Assembly (NCBI RefSeq): GCF_046119375.1
Contig: NW_027362764.1
Span: forward strand, 57,288,001-57,352,000
Direction of reading: 5' to 3'
DNA length: 64,000 bases
DNA from: Phyllobates terribilis
Taxonomy: Eukaryota
Shown here: piece by piece, positions 39,900 through 52,812 of the stretch
How the letters are laid out: the number at the start of each line of letters is the position of its first letter
Position numbering within the stretch: the first letter of the stretch is position 1
The notes under the pieces: generated by a model
Database searches by the model: none
Told to the model about the DNA's origin: nothing
The model's input: only the letters and a program-made list of their open reading frames with translations
Made by a program: the position numbers and the translations under genes

Positions 39900-41120
39900 T
39901 TTCTCAGGCATTCACTGGGTACACAGGAACCATGGGTGTTGTCTGCGGACTGGGTTCTCCAGATCTGTTTCTGCTTTGTATATATATTTTTTCTTTTTTT
40001 ATCTTTTATTCCTCCCTCGAAGCTGTTAAATGGGCCGCTATGTTACCCCTGTTACGGTGCTGAAAGAGTCACCCTGTCTTGCCTCTAGTCTGGCAGGACC
40101 ATATCGCCTGTCATAGCATGTGGTCAATCCTGGCCTCTACTCATGTCCACCCACCCCCAGACTTTGGTGCGTAGTAGAAAATTAGGGCGAGAAGTTGCCA
40201 GCCAGATGAGTATGATTTTGTGCCGCACCTCTAGCATTGCAGATCTTGCAAGTGAGCCAGGCAGTCGCACTCTAGTTGCTCATCTAGGTTGCATCCCTTG
40301 TCGACCTCTCCCACAGCTCCTTTCATCTCTTGTTTTCCTCCCTTGAAGACCACTTTTTGTTGGAGAAAGTTTGGCATTTTGACACTGATCTGGACACTAA
40401 CCAATCCTCCAAATTAAGAGACATTGTCAACAGTCTAGTCCAGGTGGCCAATGACTCCTTACAGTTAAAGGAAACAGAACCCTCTCACCAGGTGAGGAGA
40501 GCCAAACGTGCCGTGAGATACTTCTGCAACCATTCTGAATCTGATGAAGTCCTAACCAAGGAGTGGAAGCACCTTGACCGACGGTTTCAGAGGCTTAAGT
40601 GCATCCTCCTCTAAGGTGGATTCTCCGGTCTCCCGATTATCCAAGTCAACTACCCTGCCTCTGGCCAACGCCGTGTCTCTCAAAATCCAATGTATCCAAT
40701 TTCTGGCAAAGCCTGCCTTTGAGGTGACTGACACTTCCTCACATCCAGCCTTCTCGAGCACTTTGGTCTCTAAGACAATTTTTGCTTGGTCCAAACAAGG
40801 TCCTTTCTGGCACTCCACCCTGAGAAATATTTGACTTAACCCATCATATTGCAGACGTGAGAAAGTAACTCTGTTCAGCTCAGCTTCTTCAGGAACCACT
40901 AGATGCTCCTTTCATCCGTTGGGTAACATCGTTGCCATTAGCCAAGTTCCTTAGCTTTAATGTTTGGAGTACGAACTCCACCTCCAAGAAATGGCTTGCA
41001 GGCATCCTTTTGTTAGACTTTGGCCTTTTTGGGCTAAACTAGTTGAGATTATTTCCAAACCTACCGAAGTCAAGAGCACTTTACTCACAATCTAGACCAA
41101 AGTGAGCCAAGCAGAGCTAC
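39900..41120 (+). mobile_element. Old DIRS remnant of a different subfamily: gag/ORF1 only
   Basis: EWKHLDRRFQ, KVDSPVSRLSKSTTLPLANAVS and a degenerate LFG..L.EIISK...KSTLL resemble frog DIRS ORF1; a possible terminus ..GGGTACACAGGAACCATGGGT lies near 39915. Confidence 0.65.
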
Positions 41121-41619
41121 AGGATGCACCAGTTTCGGTCTTTTTGCCTTTGTCCTCCATTTAAGGCTAAGCGAGAGGTTTTTATGGTGAGTACCAAATG
41201 GCCTCTTTTAGTGTTTTACCACAAGCAGTCCTGTACCTGGGCTTATGTGTAGTCAGGAAGTCAGTCTCTGACTTCCTGTGAACTACTGAATGACCTCCTC
41301 TACAGCTCTGACTCCTCCCCTCCACACCTAGTTCCGCCCTGCCTGCCCCTCTCCGTCCTGCCATCACATGCAGCTAAGGACACAGGTGAAGACTTATCAA
41401 ACTGTATAAAAGAAAAACTGTCTTTGCTGACCATAGCAACCAATCATAGAAAAGCTTTCATTTTGCATTCTGCTCTCTTAAAATGAAAGCTACATTGTGA
41501 TTGGTTGCTTTTTCTGGTGAACCGCTTCATAAATCTGGCCTATTCTGCTTTATGTAAGAGAAGTGATATAGTAGACAGGCAGAAGCTGCCGCACATAGGA
41601 TACACGGAGACGCTGTATA

Positions 41620-43561
41620 CATTATAGAAAATACACTGAGACTGCTGCATACATCACATGGAAGACAGTGAAACTACAGTATATACATCACATACAATAT
41701 GATACGCTAAGACTTTTGTATACATTACATAGGATACTCTTGAGATTGCTGTATATACATCAAATAGGATACACAGACTGCTGTATATACATCAAATAGG
41801 ATACACAGACTGCTGTATATACATCACCTAGGAGATACTGAAACTGCTGTATATCCCCTTCGCAGCCCTGGGATTTTCTGTTTTTGCATCTTCGTTTTTT
41901 GCTCCCCTTGTTCCTAGAGCCATAGCGGTTTTATTTTTTGGTCAATATGGCGGTGTGAGGGCTTATTTTTTGCGGGACGAGTTGTACTTTTCAACGCCAT
42001 TACTAGTTTTACCATATTGTGTACGGGAAAACGGGAAAAAAATTCCAAGTGTGGTGAAATTACAAAAAAAAGTGCAATACCACAGATGTTTTTTTAAATT
42101 TTTTTTACCACGTTCACTGAATGCTAAAACTGACCTGCCATTATTATTCTCCAGGTCATTACGAGTTCATAGACACCAAACATGTATAGGTTCTTTTTCA
42201 TTTAATTGGTGAAAAAAAATCCAAAGTTTGGTAAAAAAAAAATAAAAAAATAGCGCCATTTTTTAAGACCTGTAGCGTCTCCATTTTTCGGGATCTGGGG
42301 CCGGGTGAGGGCTTATTTTTTGTGCACCGAGCTGAAGTTTTTATTGATTCCATTTTGGGGTAGATCCAATGTTTCGATCGCCTGTTATAGCATTTTATTG
42401 CAATGTTGCGGCGATCAAAAAACTTAATTCTGGCGTTTAGAATTTTTTTCTCATTAGGCCGTTTACCGATCGGATTAATTCTTTTTTTATATTGATAGAT
42501 CGGGCGATTCTGAACGCGGCGATACCAAATATGTGTATGTAGGGGTTTTTTTTTTATTATTTTATTTTGAATGAGGCGAAAGGGGGGTGATTTAAACTTT
42601 TATATATATATATTTTTTTTTATATTTTTAAAAACATTTCTTTTTCACTTTTTGCTTACTTCTATAGTCTCCATAGGAGACTAGAAGCAGCACTTGTCTG
42701 ATCGCCTCTACTACATACAGATGATCAGCAGATCACCTGTATGTAGCGGAAATGGTCCTGTGCTATGAGCGCCGACCACTAGGTGGCGCTCATAGAGACC
42801 AGCTCATGACAACCACTGGAGTCTGCTGCAGACCCAGGGTTGTCATGCCAACCCATCGGTGACCCACGATCACGTGACGGGGTCACCGATTGGCGGGGTA
42901 AGTGACGCGCTTCCGGCGCGAAGCTGCTAAATGCCGCTGTCAGAGATTGACAGCGGCATTTAACATGTTAACAGCCGCGGGTGGATCGCGCCGGAGCCCT
43001 CACTAAACCAGGGGATTACAGCCTGTGCGTACTAATACGGCACAGGCTGTAAAGTGGATATACATAACCTAGGAGACACTGCTGGATATACATCACATAG
43101 AATGCACCAAGACTGCTGCTGTGTATACATCACCTAGGTGACATGAGGCTGCTGTATATACAGTACATCACCTAGGATACACTGAAACTGCTGTATATAC
43201 ATCACCTAGGAGACACTGCGGCTGCTGGATATACATCACATAGGATGCACCAAGACTGCTGCTGTGTATACATCACATAGGAGGCACTGAGGCTGCAATG
43301 TATACATCACCTAGGTGACATGAGGCTGCTGTATATACAGTACATCACCTAGGATACACTGAAACTGCTGTATATATATCACATAGGAGACACTGAAACT
43401 GCTGCATTATATATATCACCTAGGAAACACTGAGGCTGCTGTATATACATCACCTAGAAGACACTGTGGTTGCTGTATACACATCATATAGGAGACACTG
43501 AGGCTGCATTATATATATCACCTAGGGAACACTGATGCTGTTGTATATACATCACCTAGAA
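41620..43561. repeat. ~33-bp minisatellite (CTGCTGTATATACATCACCTAGGAGACACTGAG) in two blocks, 41620-41855 and 43060-43561
   Basis: Direct copies, interrupted by inserted elements. Confidence 0.85.
41855..43000. mobile_element. Non-autonomous DNA transposon fragment (TTAA/CCC-type, piggyBac-like)
   Basis: Starts CCCCTTCG; internal repeat GAGGGCTTATTTTTTG at about 41957 and 42308; AAATGCCGC(T/A)GTCAGAGATTGACAGC shared with about 29015; related ends at 10072 and 51544-51558. Confidence 0.5.
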
Positions 43562-45123
43562 CAGAGGTCTCAAACACGCGGCCCGCATGCGTCCCTGAGG
43601 CTGCTTTATGCGGCCCGCAGGCACAGACCCTTTGACGATCCAGACCTGGTTCAGGAGGAGCCGCCGATAGCAGCGCTGTAGTGCAGTGCATTGCCACACA
43701 TAGACCGTCTCCATGCACAGCATTATCAATGCCAGCCGCTGGCCAATCAGAGGCCAGCAGCAGACATCTGCGTCCCAGCGCAGCGGCGTATAACGTCACT
43801 GCCATACGCAGATGTCTGCTGCTGGACTCTGATAGGCCGGCGGCTGGCATTGATAATGCTGTGCTAGGAGACGGTCTCTGTGCGGCAATGTAGCGCTGCT
43901 GTCGGCGGCTCCTCCTGAACCAGGTTGGGATCGTCGAGGGGTCTGTGCCTGCGGGCCGCAGGTGCACAAAGGACGCCGAGGGAAAGGAGGACAGGTGAGA
44001 GGAATCTTTTTTCTTTTTTATGTGTGTGAAGAACAGCACAGGGGACAATTCTACCAGATGGGGACCACCAGGATGGGGTATTACTACCGGATGAGGGACA
44101 TTATCCAAGATGAGGACCAGGATGGGGCACATTTCTGCAAGATGGGGACCACCAGGATGGGGCATATTACTACAAGATAGGGACCACCAGGATGGAGCAC
44201 ATTACTACAAGATGGGGACCACCAACATGGGGCACATTACTACAAGATAGGGACCACCAGGATGGGTCACATTACTACAAGATGGGGACCACCTACATGG
44301 GGCACATTACTGCAAGATGGGGACCACCAGGATTGGGCACATTACTACAAGGTGGGGACCAGGATGGGGCACATTAATACAAGTTGGGGACCACCAGGAT
44401 GGGGCACATTACTACAAGGTGGGGACCAGGATGGGGCACATTACTACAAGATGGGGACCTCTAGGATGGGGCACATTACTACAAGGTGGGGATCAGTATG
44501 GGGCACATTAATACAAGATGGGGACCACCAGGATGGGGCATATTACTGCAAGATGGGGACCACCAGGATGGGGCACATTACTCCAAGACGAGGACCAGGA
44601 TGGGGCACATTACTGTAAGATGGGGACCACCAGGATGGGGCATATTACTACAAAGTGGGGACCAGGATGGGGCACATTACTACAAGATGGGGACCACCAG
44701 GATGGGGCACATTATTACAAGATTGGGACCACCAGGATGGGGCATATTACTAGATGTTTGCCAGAATTACTATATGGTGCTAATTGTAAAACAATATTAC
44801 TGTATGTGGCCAATTGGAGGAATCAAAATTGTAAAAATTTTAAAAAAAAATTAAAAATAAAGCATGAAAAAATATTTTGCCACTAACAATGCTGTTTTAT
44901 ACATAAACTAAAGTAAACACAAAATAGTGCACATTTATTATTGCCAGATCCGTAACGACCCAAGCTATAAAAAAATAAACACAGCAAAAATGTTCAGACG
45001 GTGTATACAAAAAAAAAATGTTATCACTAAAAATGTCACTTTGACCTGCAAAGAATGCGGCCCCCCAAATTCAAATTTTTTTCCATGTGCAGCCCATATA
45101 CCCAGCCGAGTTTGAGACCCCTG
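43562..45123. mobile_element. Non-autonomous hAT (Charlie-like) element, 1562 bp
   Basis: TIRs CAGAGGTCTCAAAC and GTTTGAGACCCCTG; 8-bp TSD ACCTAGAA/AACTAGAA with central CTAG. Confidence 0.85.
44040..44750. repeat. 32/35-bp tandem repeat inside the hAT (GGGGCACATTACTACAAGATGGGGACCACCAGGAT)
   Basis: About 20 copies. Confidence 0.92.
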
Positions 45124-45218
45124 AACTAGAACAAGTATAGACAAAAACCCTCCACATTAATAATAGCCTATGCTGCTCTATAGAAGCAGAACAACATTTT
45201 GCTTGAGTGAATCTTTAA

Positions 45219-45654
45219 AGGGAATTTGTCACCAGTTTTTGCTACTCCGAGAGCAGAGACCATGATTCCAGTGCAGTATCACTTACTGTAGTGGGTGCTT
45301 CAGCTTTTGATTAAAAAAAAATTTTTGTTCTGTTACTGATCTATCCGTTCTTTAAATACTGAGCTTTATATAACCTCACCCACACCACTGATTGGCTTCT
45401 TTGTGTACACTGTGCATACTCAGAAAGTTGCCAGTCAGTGGTCGGGGGCGGTGATATACAGAGCTCATGAATATTCAGGACTACATGGCAGCAGGTTTAC
45501 TAGTCCTTTGCAATAATCTCCTGATGATAAAATAATGATTTTATCAAAACCACAGCAATCAGCGAAGTAAGTGACACATAGCTGAAATCAGGGTCTCTGT
45601 CTCTACATTATGCTACACTCAGATTAGGTGGCAAAACCTGGTGACAGATTCCCT
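45219..45654. mobile_element. T2/Kolobok-like MITE (436 bp)
   Basis: TTAA|AGGGAATTTGTCACCAG ... CTGGTGACAGATTCCCT|TTAA; related partial copy at about 58075-58620. Confidence 0.8.
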
Positions 45655-45753
45655 TTAAAAAAAAGCCATGTCTTTCTAATTTTGCAGAATCCCTTTAAGA
45701 GTTCTGTTTGATAGTTATCGGTCCTCGTTAACTGGTAAGGCTGGTTCAATATA

Positions 45754-47347
45754 CACTGCTCAAAAAAATAAAGGGAGCACTCAAATAACACATCCTAGAT
45801 CTGAATGAATGAAATATTCTCATTGAATACTTTGTTCTGTACAAAGTTGAATGTGCTGACAACAAAATCAAACAAAAATCATCAATGGAAATCACATTTA
45901 TTAACCAATGGAGGCCTGGATTTGGAGCCACCCCCAAAATTAAAGTGGAAAAACACACTACAGGCTGATCCAACTTTGATGTAATGTCCTTAAAACAAGT
46001 CAAAATGAGGCTCAGTATTGTGTGTGGCCTCCACGTGCCTGTATGACCTCCCTACAACGCCTGGGCGTGCTCCTGATGAGGTTGCGGATGGTCTCCTGTG
46101 GGATCTCCTCCCAGACCTGGACTAAAGCATCCGCCAACTCCTGGACAGTCTGTGGTGCAACGTGACGTTGGTGGATGGAGCGAGACATGATGTCCCAGAT
46201 GTGCTCAATCGGATTCAGGTCTGGGGAACGGGTGGGACAGTCCATAGCTTCAATGCCTTCATCTTGCAGGAACTGCTGACACACTCCAGCCACATGAGGT
46301 CTGGCATTGTCCTGCATTAGGAGGAACCCAGGGCCAACCGCACCAGCATATGATCTCACAAGGGGTCTGAGGATCTCATCTCGGTACCTAATGGCAGTAA
46401 GGCTACCTCTGGCGAGCACATGGAGGGCTGTGCGGCCCTCCAAAGAAATGCCACCCCACACCATTACTGAGCCACTGCCAAACCGGTCATGCTGAAGGAT
46501 GTTGCAGGCAGCAGATCGCTCTCCACGGCGTCTCCAGACTCTGTCACGTCTGTCACATGTGCTCAGTGTGAACCTGCTTTCATCTGTGAAGAGCACAGGG
46601 CGCCAGTGGCGACTTTGCCAATCCTGGTGTTCTGTGGCAAATGCCAAGCGTCCTGCACGGTGTTGGGCTGTGAGCACAACCCCCATCTGTGGATGTCGGG
46701 CCCGCATACCTCGGTCATGGAGTTGGTTTCTAACCGTTTGTGCAGACACATGCACATTTGTGGCCTGCTGGAGGTCATTTTGCAGGGCTCTGGCAGTGCT
46801 CCTCCTGTTCCCCCCTGGAAAAAAGGCGGAGGTAGCGGTCCTGCTGCTGGGTTGTTGTCCTCCTATGACCCCCTCCACGTCTCCTGGTGTACTGGCCTGT
46901 CTTCTGGTAGCGCCTCCAGCCTCTGGACACTACGCTGACAGACACAGCTACCCTTCTTGCCACAGCTCGCACTGATGTGCCATCCTTGGATGAACTGCAC
47001 TACCTGAGCAACTTCTGTGGGTTGTAATGTAGACACTGCCTCATGCTACTGTACCTCTAGAGGTGAGAGCAATGGCAAAATGAAAAAGTGACAAAAACAA
47101 CAGCCAAAAAGGATGAGAACAGAGAAATGGTCTGTGGTCACCACCTGCAGAACCGCTCCTTTATAGGGGGTATCTTGCTAATTGCCGATCATTTCTACCA
47201 GTTGTCTGTTCCATTTGCACAACAGCAGGAGAAATTGATTCACAATCAGTGTTGCTTCATAACTGGACAGGTAGATTTCACAGAAGTGTTATTGACTTGG
47301 AGTTATATTCTGTTGTTTAACTGTTCTCTTTATTTTTTTGAGCAGTG
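45754..47347 (-). mobile_element. Tc1 (DD34E) transposon, full-length, frameshifted
   Basis: TA|CACTGCTCAAAAAAATAAAG TIRs with TA TSD; FTDESRF, QDNARPH, DLNPIEH with 34-residue D-E spacing. Confidence 0.95.
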
Positions 47348-47667
47348 TATATAATTTACTGGTTAGCACTCTGCCAGCTTTATAGGACAGATGTCTGGCA
47401 AAGGGGCAAGTGCATGCCACAGTTGGCTCCCCCGATCAGTTTTTATGATCTGGCCACAACACCTATATTCACATTACAACAGCTGCCAGTTGGCAATTTA
47501 TATCAAAAAGAACTTGTATTGGTTCTGGGCGCCTTTTTTCAAAAGCAAAACTGTCGAATCTTGGGGATCTGTAATGTTAAGTGCTGCGGAATATATTGGC
47601 GCTATAGAGATTTTTTATTATTATTATTATAATAGAGTATCAAGGCTTATTATTACTTTACCATATA

Positions 47668-49085
47668 CAGTACAGACCAAAAGTTTGGACACACCTTCTC
47701 ATTTAAAGATTTTTCTGTATTTTCATGACTATGAAAATTGTACATTCACACTGAAGGCATCAAAACTATGAATTAACACATGTGGAATTATATACTTAAC
47801 AAAAAAGTGTGAAACAACTGAAAATATGTCTTATATTCTAGGTTCTTCAAAGTAGCCACCTCTTGCTTTGATGACTGCTTTGCACACTCTTAGCATTGAT
47901 GAGATTCAAGAGGTAGTCACCAGAAATGGTCTTCCAACAATCTTGAAGGAGTTCCCAGAGATGCTTAGCACTTGTTGGCCCTTTTGCCTTCACTCTGCGG
48001 TCCAGCTCACCCCAAACCATCTCGATTGGGTTCACGTCTGGTGACTGTGGAGGCCAGGTCATCTGGTGTAGCACCCCATCACTCTCCTTCTTGATCAAAT
48101 AGCCCTTACACAGCCTGGAGGTGTGTTTGGGGTCATTGTCCTGTTGAAAAATAAATGATGGTCCAACTAAAACGCAAACCGGATGGAATAGCATGCCGCT
48201 GCAAGATGCTGTGGTAGCCATGATGGTTCAGTATGCCTTCAATTTTGAATAAATCCCCAACAGTGTCACCAGCAAAGCACCCCCACACCATCACACCTCC
48301 TCCTCCATGCTTCACGGTGGGAACCAGGCATGTAGAGTCCATCCGTTCACCTTTTCTGCGTCGCACAGAAACCAAAAAACGTTGGAACCAAAAATCTCAA
48401 ATTTGGACTCATCAGACCAAAGCACAGATTTCCACTGGTCTAATGTCCATTCCTTGTGTTCTTTAGCCCAAACAAGTCTCTTCTGCTTGTTGCCTGTCCT
48501 TAGCAGTGGTTTCCTAGCAGCTATTTTACCATGAAGGCCTGCTGCACAAAGTCTCCTCTTAACAGTTGTTGAAGAGATGTGTCTGCTGCTAGAACTCTGT
48601 GTGGCATTGACCTGGTCTCTAATCTGAGCTGCTGATAACCTGCGATTTCTGAGGCTGGTGACTCGGATAAACTTATCCTCAGAAGCAGAGGTGACTCTTG
48701 GTCTTCCTTTGCCGGGGGCGGTCCTCATGTGAGACAGTTTCTTTGTAGCACTTGATGGGTTTTGCAACTGCTCTTGGGGACACTTTCAAAGTTTTCCCAA
48801 TTTTTCGCACTGACTGACCTTCATTTCTTAAAGTAATGATGGCCACTCGTTTTTCTTTACTTAGCTGCTTTTTTCTTGCCATAATACAAATTCTAACAAT
48901 CTATTCAGTAGGACTATCAGCAGTGTATCCACCTAGAATATAAGACATATTTTCAGTTGTTTCATACTTTTTTGTTAAGTATATAACTCCACATGTGTTA
49001 ATTCATAGTTTTGATGCCTTCAGTGTGAATGTACAATACAGAAAAATCTTTAAATGAGATGTGTCCAAACTTTTGGTCTGTACTG
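47668..49085 (-). mobile_element. Tc1-like DD38E (Intruder-type) transposon with long ITRs, frameshifted
   Basis: TA|CAGTACAGACCAAAAGTTTGGACACA ITRs of about 150-170 bp; WSDESKF; QQDNDPKH to NPIE spacing counted as 38. Confidence 0.92.
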
Positions 49086-49575
49086 TATGTTTTAGATGTA
49101 TGATCCTACACTTAAAACTTATATCATCAAGCACACTTTGATACGTGCCTCAAGATTTTCCAGATTAGCGATGCCCAGAATCACTGTTATCACATGTTTG
49201 TGGACTTCTGTCTATATGGTGTATCTGTAAGTCACCTGCAGTCACTATGTATATAAGCTATGGTCAGTGTAAAGTACACAGTGACAGTGCAAATATCCTG
49301 AACTATGCACTTTGTCGCTTCTTCCTTAAAGGAACAGTAAACCTTATCAGTGTAAGCTAATGTTTTCTGTTATCTGCCATCTCATAGGTGTGAATGATAT
49401 TAGCTTGTTTGTAATGCAGCTGACTTTAGATTGCAGGGGTTTCCCCATTTGACATGACATATCCATAGGATCCACATCTGGGACCCCCACTTATCAAATG
49501 ACAGTCTTTGACCCCCTACGCCACAAAGTATAGATATTACTCACTTTCTAACTTTCGAAGACTTTGACATCTATA

Positions 49576-50578
49576 CAGTTGTGCTCAAAAGTTTACATAT
49601 CCCGGCAGAATTTTTGCTTTCTTGGCCTTGTTTCAGAGAATATGAATGATAACAAAAAAACTTTTTCTCCACTCATGGTTATTTACCCCATTTCTTAATA
49701 CCGTGTCTTGCCCCCTCTAACATCAATGACAGATTGAAGTCTTTTGTGGTAGTTGTGGATGAGGTTCTTTATTTTCTCAGATGGTAAAGCTGCCCATTCT
49801 TCTTGGCAAAAAGCCTCCAGTTCCTGTAAATTCCTGGGCTGTCAGCGCGCTTGAGTGGCTCAATGATATTGAGGTCAGGAGGCTGAGACGGCCACTCCAG
49901 AACCTTCACTTTGTTCTGCTGTAGCCAATGATAGGTCGACTTGGCTTTGTGTTTTGGATCGGTGTCATGTTGGAACATCCAAGTACGTCCCATGCGCAGC
50001 TTCCAGGCTGATGAGTGCAAATTTGCCTGCAGTATTTGCTGATAACGTGGTGCATTCATCTTTCCTTCAACTTTTACCAAGTTCCTGTGCCTTTGTAGCT
50101 CACACATCCCCAAAAAAACAGCAATCCACCTCCATGCTTTACTGTAGGAATGGTGTTCCTTTCATCATAGGCCTTGTTGACCTCTCTCCAAATGTAACGT
50201 TTATGGTTGTGACCAAAAAGTTCAATTTTGGTCTCATCACTCCAAATTACCTTGTTCCAGAAGTTTTGAGGCTTATCTCTGTGCTGTTTGGCGTATTGTA
50301 GGTGAGATACTTTGTGGCATTTGCACAGTAATGGCTTTCTTCTGGCGACTCGATCATGCAGCCCATTTTTCTCCTTATTGTGCATCTTGAAACAGTCACA
50401 CCGCTAGTTTTCAGAGTCCTGAATTTCAGCTGATGTTATTTGTGGGTTTTTCTTTGCATCCCAAACTATTTTCCTGGCAGTTGTGGTGGAAAATTTTGTT
50501 GGTCTACCTGACCGTGGTTTGGTTTTTACAGAGCCCCTGATTTTCCATTTGTTAATCACAGTTTGAACGCTGCTGACA
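49576..50578 (-). mobile_element. Tc1 (DD34E) copy, 5'-truncated and decayed
   Basis: TA|CAGTTGTGCTCAAAAGTTTACAT end; [24 protein letters not shown]. Confidence 0.88.
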
Positions 50579-50799
50579 CAGTCTCTGCTGTTTAACCACT
50601 TGCTGACAGCATTTAACTGGTGGGATTGTGAGGTGTAACCATTGGCCCACTTGTGATATGATTGCAGGGGGCTAAGGGATGCCAATGCAACCGGGGGCCT
50701 ACTGAAGAACACGCCATCTTTGTATTCTTATGAAGGCTGATTTTCATATGAGATCATTATTTCTACTATATACTATATACTGCAATTGTCCAATGGGGA

Positions 50800-51175
50800 C
50801 TAAAATAAGTAAAGTGAAACTTAAAAATATATAAAAAGAAAAATAAGAAAATATAAAAAAATATATATACAGTATCACTGCGTTCGTAAAAGTCCAATCT
50901 ATGAAAATATAAAGTTAATGCATATGTTTAAACACTGTTTAGAAACTACAAATTGAAATGCGAGCATTGTCGTTTTTCGATTATCGCACCTCCTGCCAAA
51001 AAAAGCAATAAAAAGCAATCAAAACATCGCAGTCACCCCAAAATGGTAAAAATAAAAACCGCTCACGATGCAAAAAAAGCCCTCATACCACTCAGTGGAA
51101 AAAATATATGGGCCTCAGAAAATGGCAACACAAACCATTTTTTTTTCAAAGTTCTGAATTTTTGTAGAAAAAAAA

Positions 51176-51224
<49 letters not shown>

Positions 51225-51554
51225 TTGGTATTGCTGTAATCATACTGGCCCAAAGAATCATGTTGCCAGGTAACTTTTATGACATAATGAACGCTGTAAA
51301 AGCATAAAAAAAATGTCAGAATTATGTTTTTTTTCACCATTATACCGCACTTAGAATTTTTTTTTTTTACTTTTTTTGTACATTATATGGTAAAGTGAAC
51401 AGGATCATTCAAAACTACTACTCGTCTTGCAATAAAACAAAAGCCCTCTTACGGCCATATTAATGCAAAAAAAAAAAGTGATGTCTCTTATAAGTAGTAG
51501 AGAAAATAACAGACTAAAGAGCAAAAATTAAAAAATAGCCCAATCATGAAAGGG
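50800..51554. mobile_element. AT-rich non-autonomous DNA transposon end (TCATGAAAGGG|TTAA) with (TA)n at about 51180-51216
   Basis: Terminus is the reverse complement of the TTAA|CCCCTTCATGA type seen at 10072-10086. Confidence 0.45.
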
Positions 51555-52812
51555 TTAAGGGAACCCTAAAACAGAGAAGTTACTTTAATTTCAAGACCAT
51601 AATCATCAACTATACACTAGATATCAATGTTACTGAATCTCCATATTGTCTGGGGGTATCAGGCATGTCATGTTTTTTGGGTAGTTCGGTCGCCATTATG
51701 GCTCCCATGGCTTGTCCCAAGACAGTCTCTTTAGGTAAAAGGGAATACATCTCCACTCATAGGGCCGCATAATAAGACAGATTTATCACTAAGGGGTCAG
51801 GATAGCTGAGTTTGTTACGTAATGGCAGCCATGTTGGTTGTCACCCAGTTTTTGCTTGGACAGATATAACCATGAGAAGTGTTTACCTCGTGACAACAAT
51901 TCCAGGATTTACATTTACTGGAGATGTGGCTGAGTATATATTATACTGGTAATCCTATTATCAGTATATAGAAAGCTTCTCTGTGGGCTTCTATGGGAGG
52001 GAATGACCGTGTGTATCCATGTTCTGGGCTGGTTGCTAAGGGAAGGCCGGGAATTAATGGGCCTTTTCTGGGGAGGACAGCGTGTCCCTATTCTGCTCAG
52101 GTTGCTAGGGGAAGGCCGGTAATGAATGTGCTTTACTGGCATAGCTGAACTCCAGATCCTGACTTCCAGGTCCTCTATTATCCTGCCTGTTATTTCAGGA
52201 GCGGCCATGACAGGTAGTAATAATGGCAGCTGACAAGCCAGTATTGTAAGTTGTATGGGAGTGAATGGTCTGGGAACGGCTCGTATATACTGGTGAGTAA
52301 ATATCTGCCGACCACAGACAGGTCCACACAGCTCACTACGCAGGGAAGTGTTTATGTACTGCTCTCCATAGTGACCTGTCATGTGCTTGTGTCACTGCCA
52401 TGTAGGAGATCGTCTCCCGAGGCAGTCTGCTGTACGGCATGATCCTCCCATGGACTGTCCGTCAGGTTCCTGGGGTAATATTGTAGCATTACTACCATCT
52501 TCTGTAGAGAATCCCGGTAAGTGCTGACCCCATTATTGCAAACCTCACCACCTGGGGGCACATACTTTCTGCTTTCTACAAGTAATTCGCCCATTCAAAA
52601 GCGATAACTTTGTATGATGTGACCAGAAAAGACGACCGTGTTACATCTGTGTTGCTATAAAATAATAATTTTTGACACGTGAAAATTTGAATGTCGATTC
52701 CCCACATGATTTTTATGCAACTCGTAGTTGTGCAAAAAAAAAAAAAATACAACTTTTTGTGTTTTTTTACTTGAACAAAGCTGATAACTTTTTGAAAAGT
52801 GTGCAGAATCCA

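Noticed and set aside
43962-44886. Multiple MGTTRMGHITT-type ORFs
   Set aside because: Products of the 32/35-bp repeat inside a non-autonomous hAT
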